Origin: Octopus vulgaris
Lineage: Eukaryota
NCBI GenBank assembly: GCA_951406725.2
Contig: OX597834.1
Coordinates: forward strand, 17,670,001 to 17,734,000
Direction of reading: 5' to 3'
DNA: 64,000 nt
The notes beneath the pieces were generated by a model that saw only the letters and a list, made by a program, of their open reading frames with translations, was not told where the DNA came from and searched no databases. Made by a program: the position numbers and the translations under genes. Below are positions 61,122-64,000 of this stretch, piece after piece (position 1 is the first letter of the stretch; the number at the start of each line of letters is the position of its first letter).

Positions 61122-63189
61122 GTGGTGAACTGGCAAAATTATTTGGATGCTGAGCAATATGCTTACTGACATTTCGTCTATCCTTTTGTTCTGAGTTCAA
61201 ATTTGACTTTGCTGTCCATCCTTTTGGGGTCAATAAATTAAGTACCAGTGAATAATGCTTAATCTGCTAACCAACCAAATCAAACAAACAAATTCAAAAG
61301 TAAGAGCAACACCTAAGGATCAAAAGCAGTTGTTTTTTTCTTTTTTTTTGAGTAAGTTATTGCATCAGTCCCAATTAATTAGAAAATTGTAAATTAGTAA
61401 TGAAATGAAAGAATAGCAGCCTCATCTTTGGCAGATGAAGGAAGACAACTCCAGGCATATTTCAGTCATATTGGACCATCTCAGGAAAGCATAATCATTC
61501 ACATACTTATTCAGACAAGTAGACAGAGAAGGATATATGCATATACAGAGAAACCTTGGAATAGTGTATTGTCTTTCTCAGGCACTGTAGAATAGGAGAC
61601 AAATGGTCAGAATTCTTGCCAGTAGGAAAGTAGGCTATTGGCTTAACTATCTTTTGTATTCAAGTTTTATATAGAATAGAGTTGTAACAGTTTCAAATAT
61701 GTAAATTAAATTGTATATTATAACACAAACAAAATTGCATCAGAGAGAGAAGATAATGACTTGTCCTTTAAATTATTGTAAATGTATGTGGTCAGTAATG
61801 ATTTTCAAAATATCTGTGTGTGTTTTATGTGTATGTTTATCTATACATATATATTTATCTTTTGTATCTCTCTTTTATAATTGGGAAACATCAGGAATTT
61901 CACCTATTTCTAAAGATTCATGCTAAGTTTATACGATATACAATAACAGCTATAAACCTTCAGAAAATCTGAGATGAATCTTGAGAATATGATTATGTCA
62001 TATGTTGATAAGATTAATAGTTTTGCAGTGTTATTTTTAGACTTGGCACAAGTCCAGTAGTTTCAGAAGGTTGCAGTTAATCACAGTAAAAGTAAAATCA
62101 AAAGCAAACAAAATAAAAAAAATATCTATAGTTGATATGAACTATATAATACATATCTAAACTATGTCACTAGTAACAGGAATAGAAAACATACTTTAAT
62201 GGAAGAGGATAAAACATATTTATAAAGATTAAAACAATACAATTGAAACAAAAAAGTAATGAAAATCCTATTTAATCTCAGTGTTGGATGTTAAAATGAC
62301 CGATTAGATAAATTTTAGTTAATTGGTTTACAAAATTTTACTCAAGCCCATAAAGGAAGTTTTATGTGGTTACTTGACCTGCTAGAAATAGCTGCCAGAG
62401 CTACCTCAAATTCCACCTTACAGCACACGCAAGTGCACACACACACATACAAAGAAAATTTTAACCAAAGTAATCTCTGGTTTATGAGAAATAAAATTGC
62501 CCAGGCCAAAATGTTTTTGGTCATAGACTTGGTCAGCTAGTAGTGACCTAGGACTAAACAACTACAAGGTATTTGGGAGGATAGGAGTATATGTGTAGAG
62601 AGTACTCAGCAGCCTAAGGTATGTACATTTTCTCAGGTAACCTAGGTGGGGGCAGGGATAGTGGAGAGAGAGGGAGCAAAATATCAGAAGGGCTAGAATG
62701 GGTGACTGGGTGGAAGAAGCAAAGGGATATTAGGCTGTGGAGTTGGTTGAGGAGTGATTGACGAGTTATCTACAGTCAGTCATTGCAACTATGATTGTAC
62801 ATGGCTTTGGCATGACTTCATAAACTTTCTCCATACTGGTCGGTTTTTTTTGTTTGTTTTTTGCTTGAGTTTGCCTTTTATTACAGTCAAGTGCTGAATA
62901 AATGTAAGAGTAGGTAATAAGATAAAGGCAAGAATAGGTGTTGAATAACAATAGAAGTGACCCTCAGGAACGCGTGCTGGCTGATAGGACAACAGAGCTT
63001 CTTCTGCTTTACAACCAGCCAGCACTCTCAATTACAGTATATTGTGTGAGTGTGTATGGTAGGGATGAAGGTGGTCCAAAGAAGTCTCTTATATATGGTC
63101 ATGTATGCATATATATATATCTTCCACAATGTGAAGGTGATACCAATGCTTTTTTCAAATTATAACATAGTAGTACTACCAAATCCAAA

Positions 63190-64000
63190 GTAAATCAATG
63201 ATGTATACCATAGAGGAAGCACTTGAACCCTATCCAGCCTGAATTTCTACAAAGTTGACCTGAAATCTGTTCAAAAGAGATCCAGAAATAAAATTGGTCC
63301 CAAAATTTCTCTCTACAAAACAATGATGTGAAACTTAAAGAATGTATGTCAATGATGCACAAAAAGGCACACTGAAGCAGGAGATTCAGTTTGGGACAAG
63401 ATCTCAAATTGCTTCAATAAACAACTTAATGACAGCAAGAAGTCTATAAAGGAGAGGGAAGAAAAAGAATCCTGGGCAGTTAAAAATATGAAAAGAAACC
63501 TAGAGGGTTCAAATTTGCTAAAGTGTACACCTTGGTGTGTCACAAGATTGAAGAAAATATGTCACTGATGGCAGATTTCAAAAAGATATGGGAAATACTA
63601 AATAGACAATTCCAAAGTGTTTACACTTGCTTTACTGGAAGATATTCAAATGAATTAACCTCATGAGTTATTGAACACCACAGTTCAGCATAGTGAAGAG
63701 GTAATTATTGATTATAATGACAAAAGAGGAGAATGTGATATTAGCCATTGATGAGATGAGCTTGAACTCAACAAGAAGCCCTGATGGTTTTCCAGCAATT
63801 CTTTTAAAACAATGCAAGAAGGCTTTGACAAAATCTTTGTTGATAGTTTTCCAGAGCTTCCTTGCATATTGCAAACTTCCCAAGCAATTAAAATAAGGTG
63901 TAGTATGTCCTACTTACAAAGGAGGAAGCAGAATAGATTCTAAAAATTACAAGCCTATCTCTCTGATCTCATACATCAGCAAAGTCATGGAACACATTGT
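63190..64000 (+). mobile_element. CR1/Jockey-group LINE ORF2 fragment entering the RT domain; continues past the window end
   Basis: VILAIDEMSLNSTRSPDGFPAILLKQCK..LPKQLK*GVVCPTYKGGSRIDSKNYKPISLISYISKVME matches GPDG.P..LK, P.YK.G and NYRPISL.S...K..E. Confidence 0.9.

Overview
AT-rich, repeat-dominated eukaryotic genomic DNA. The tRNA-derived SINE families, RTE tails ending in (GAT)n and dense (TA)n/(CA)n/(TTA)n microsatellites point to an octopus (coleoid cephalopod) genome; this is an inference from repeat content. I found no intact, recognisable protein-coding gene. Nearly all long ORFs in the track are microsatellite read-throughs or decayed transposon fragments. The window holds decayed Penelope-like, RTE, CR1-like and Tx1/L1 retroelements, mariner, DD37D/maT and Tigger/pogo transposase pseudogenes, several MITEs with readable TIRs and TSDs, and more than 20 SINE copies. 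CpG is retained from about 23 to 39.5 kb and depleted in both flanks, which suggests an unmethylated promoter-containing domain between two methylated gene bodies. Candidate promoter and first-exon signals lie at about 24.6-25.1 kb, 34.3 kb and 36-37.4 kb. The most interesting structures are two Penelope-type minimal hammerhead ribozyme motifs, a tandem array of predicted H-type pseudoknots in an RTE 3' UTR, a pri-miRNA-shaped hairpin at 34.0 kb and a young long-TIR element with an 8-bp TSD. I cannot support a claim of a wholly new biological system from the sequence alone. Boundaries of degenerate elements are approximate.
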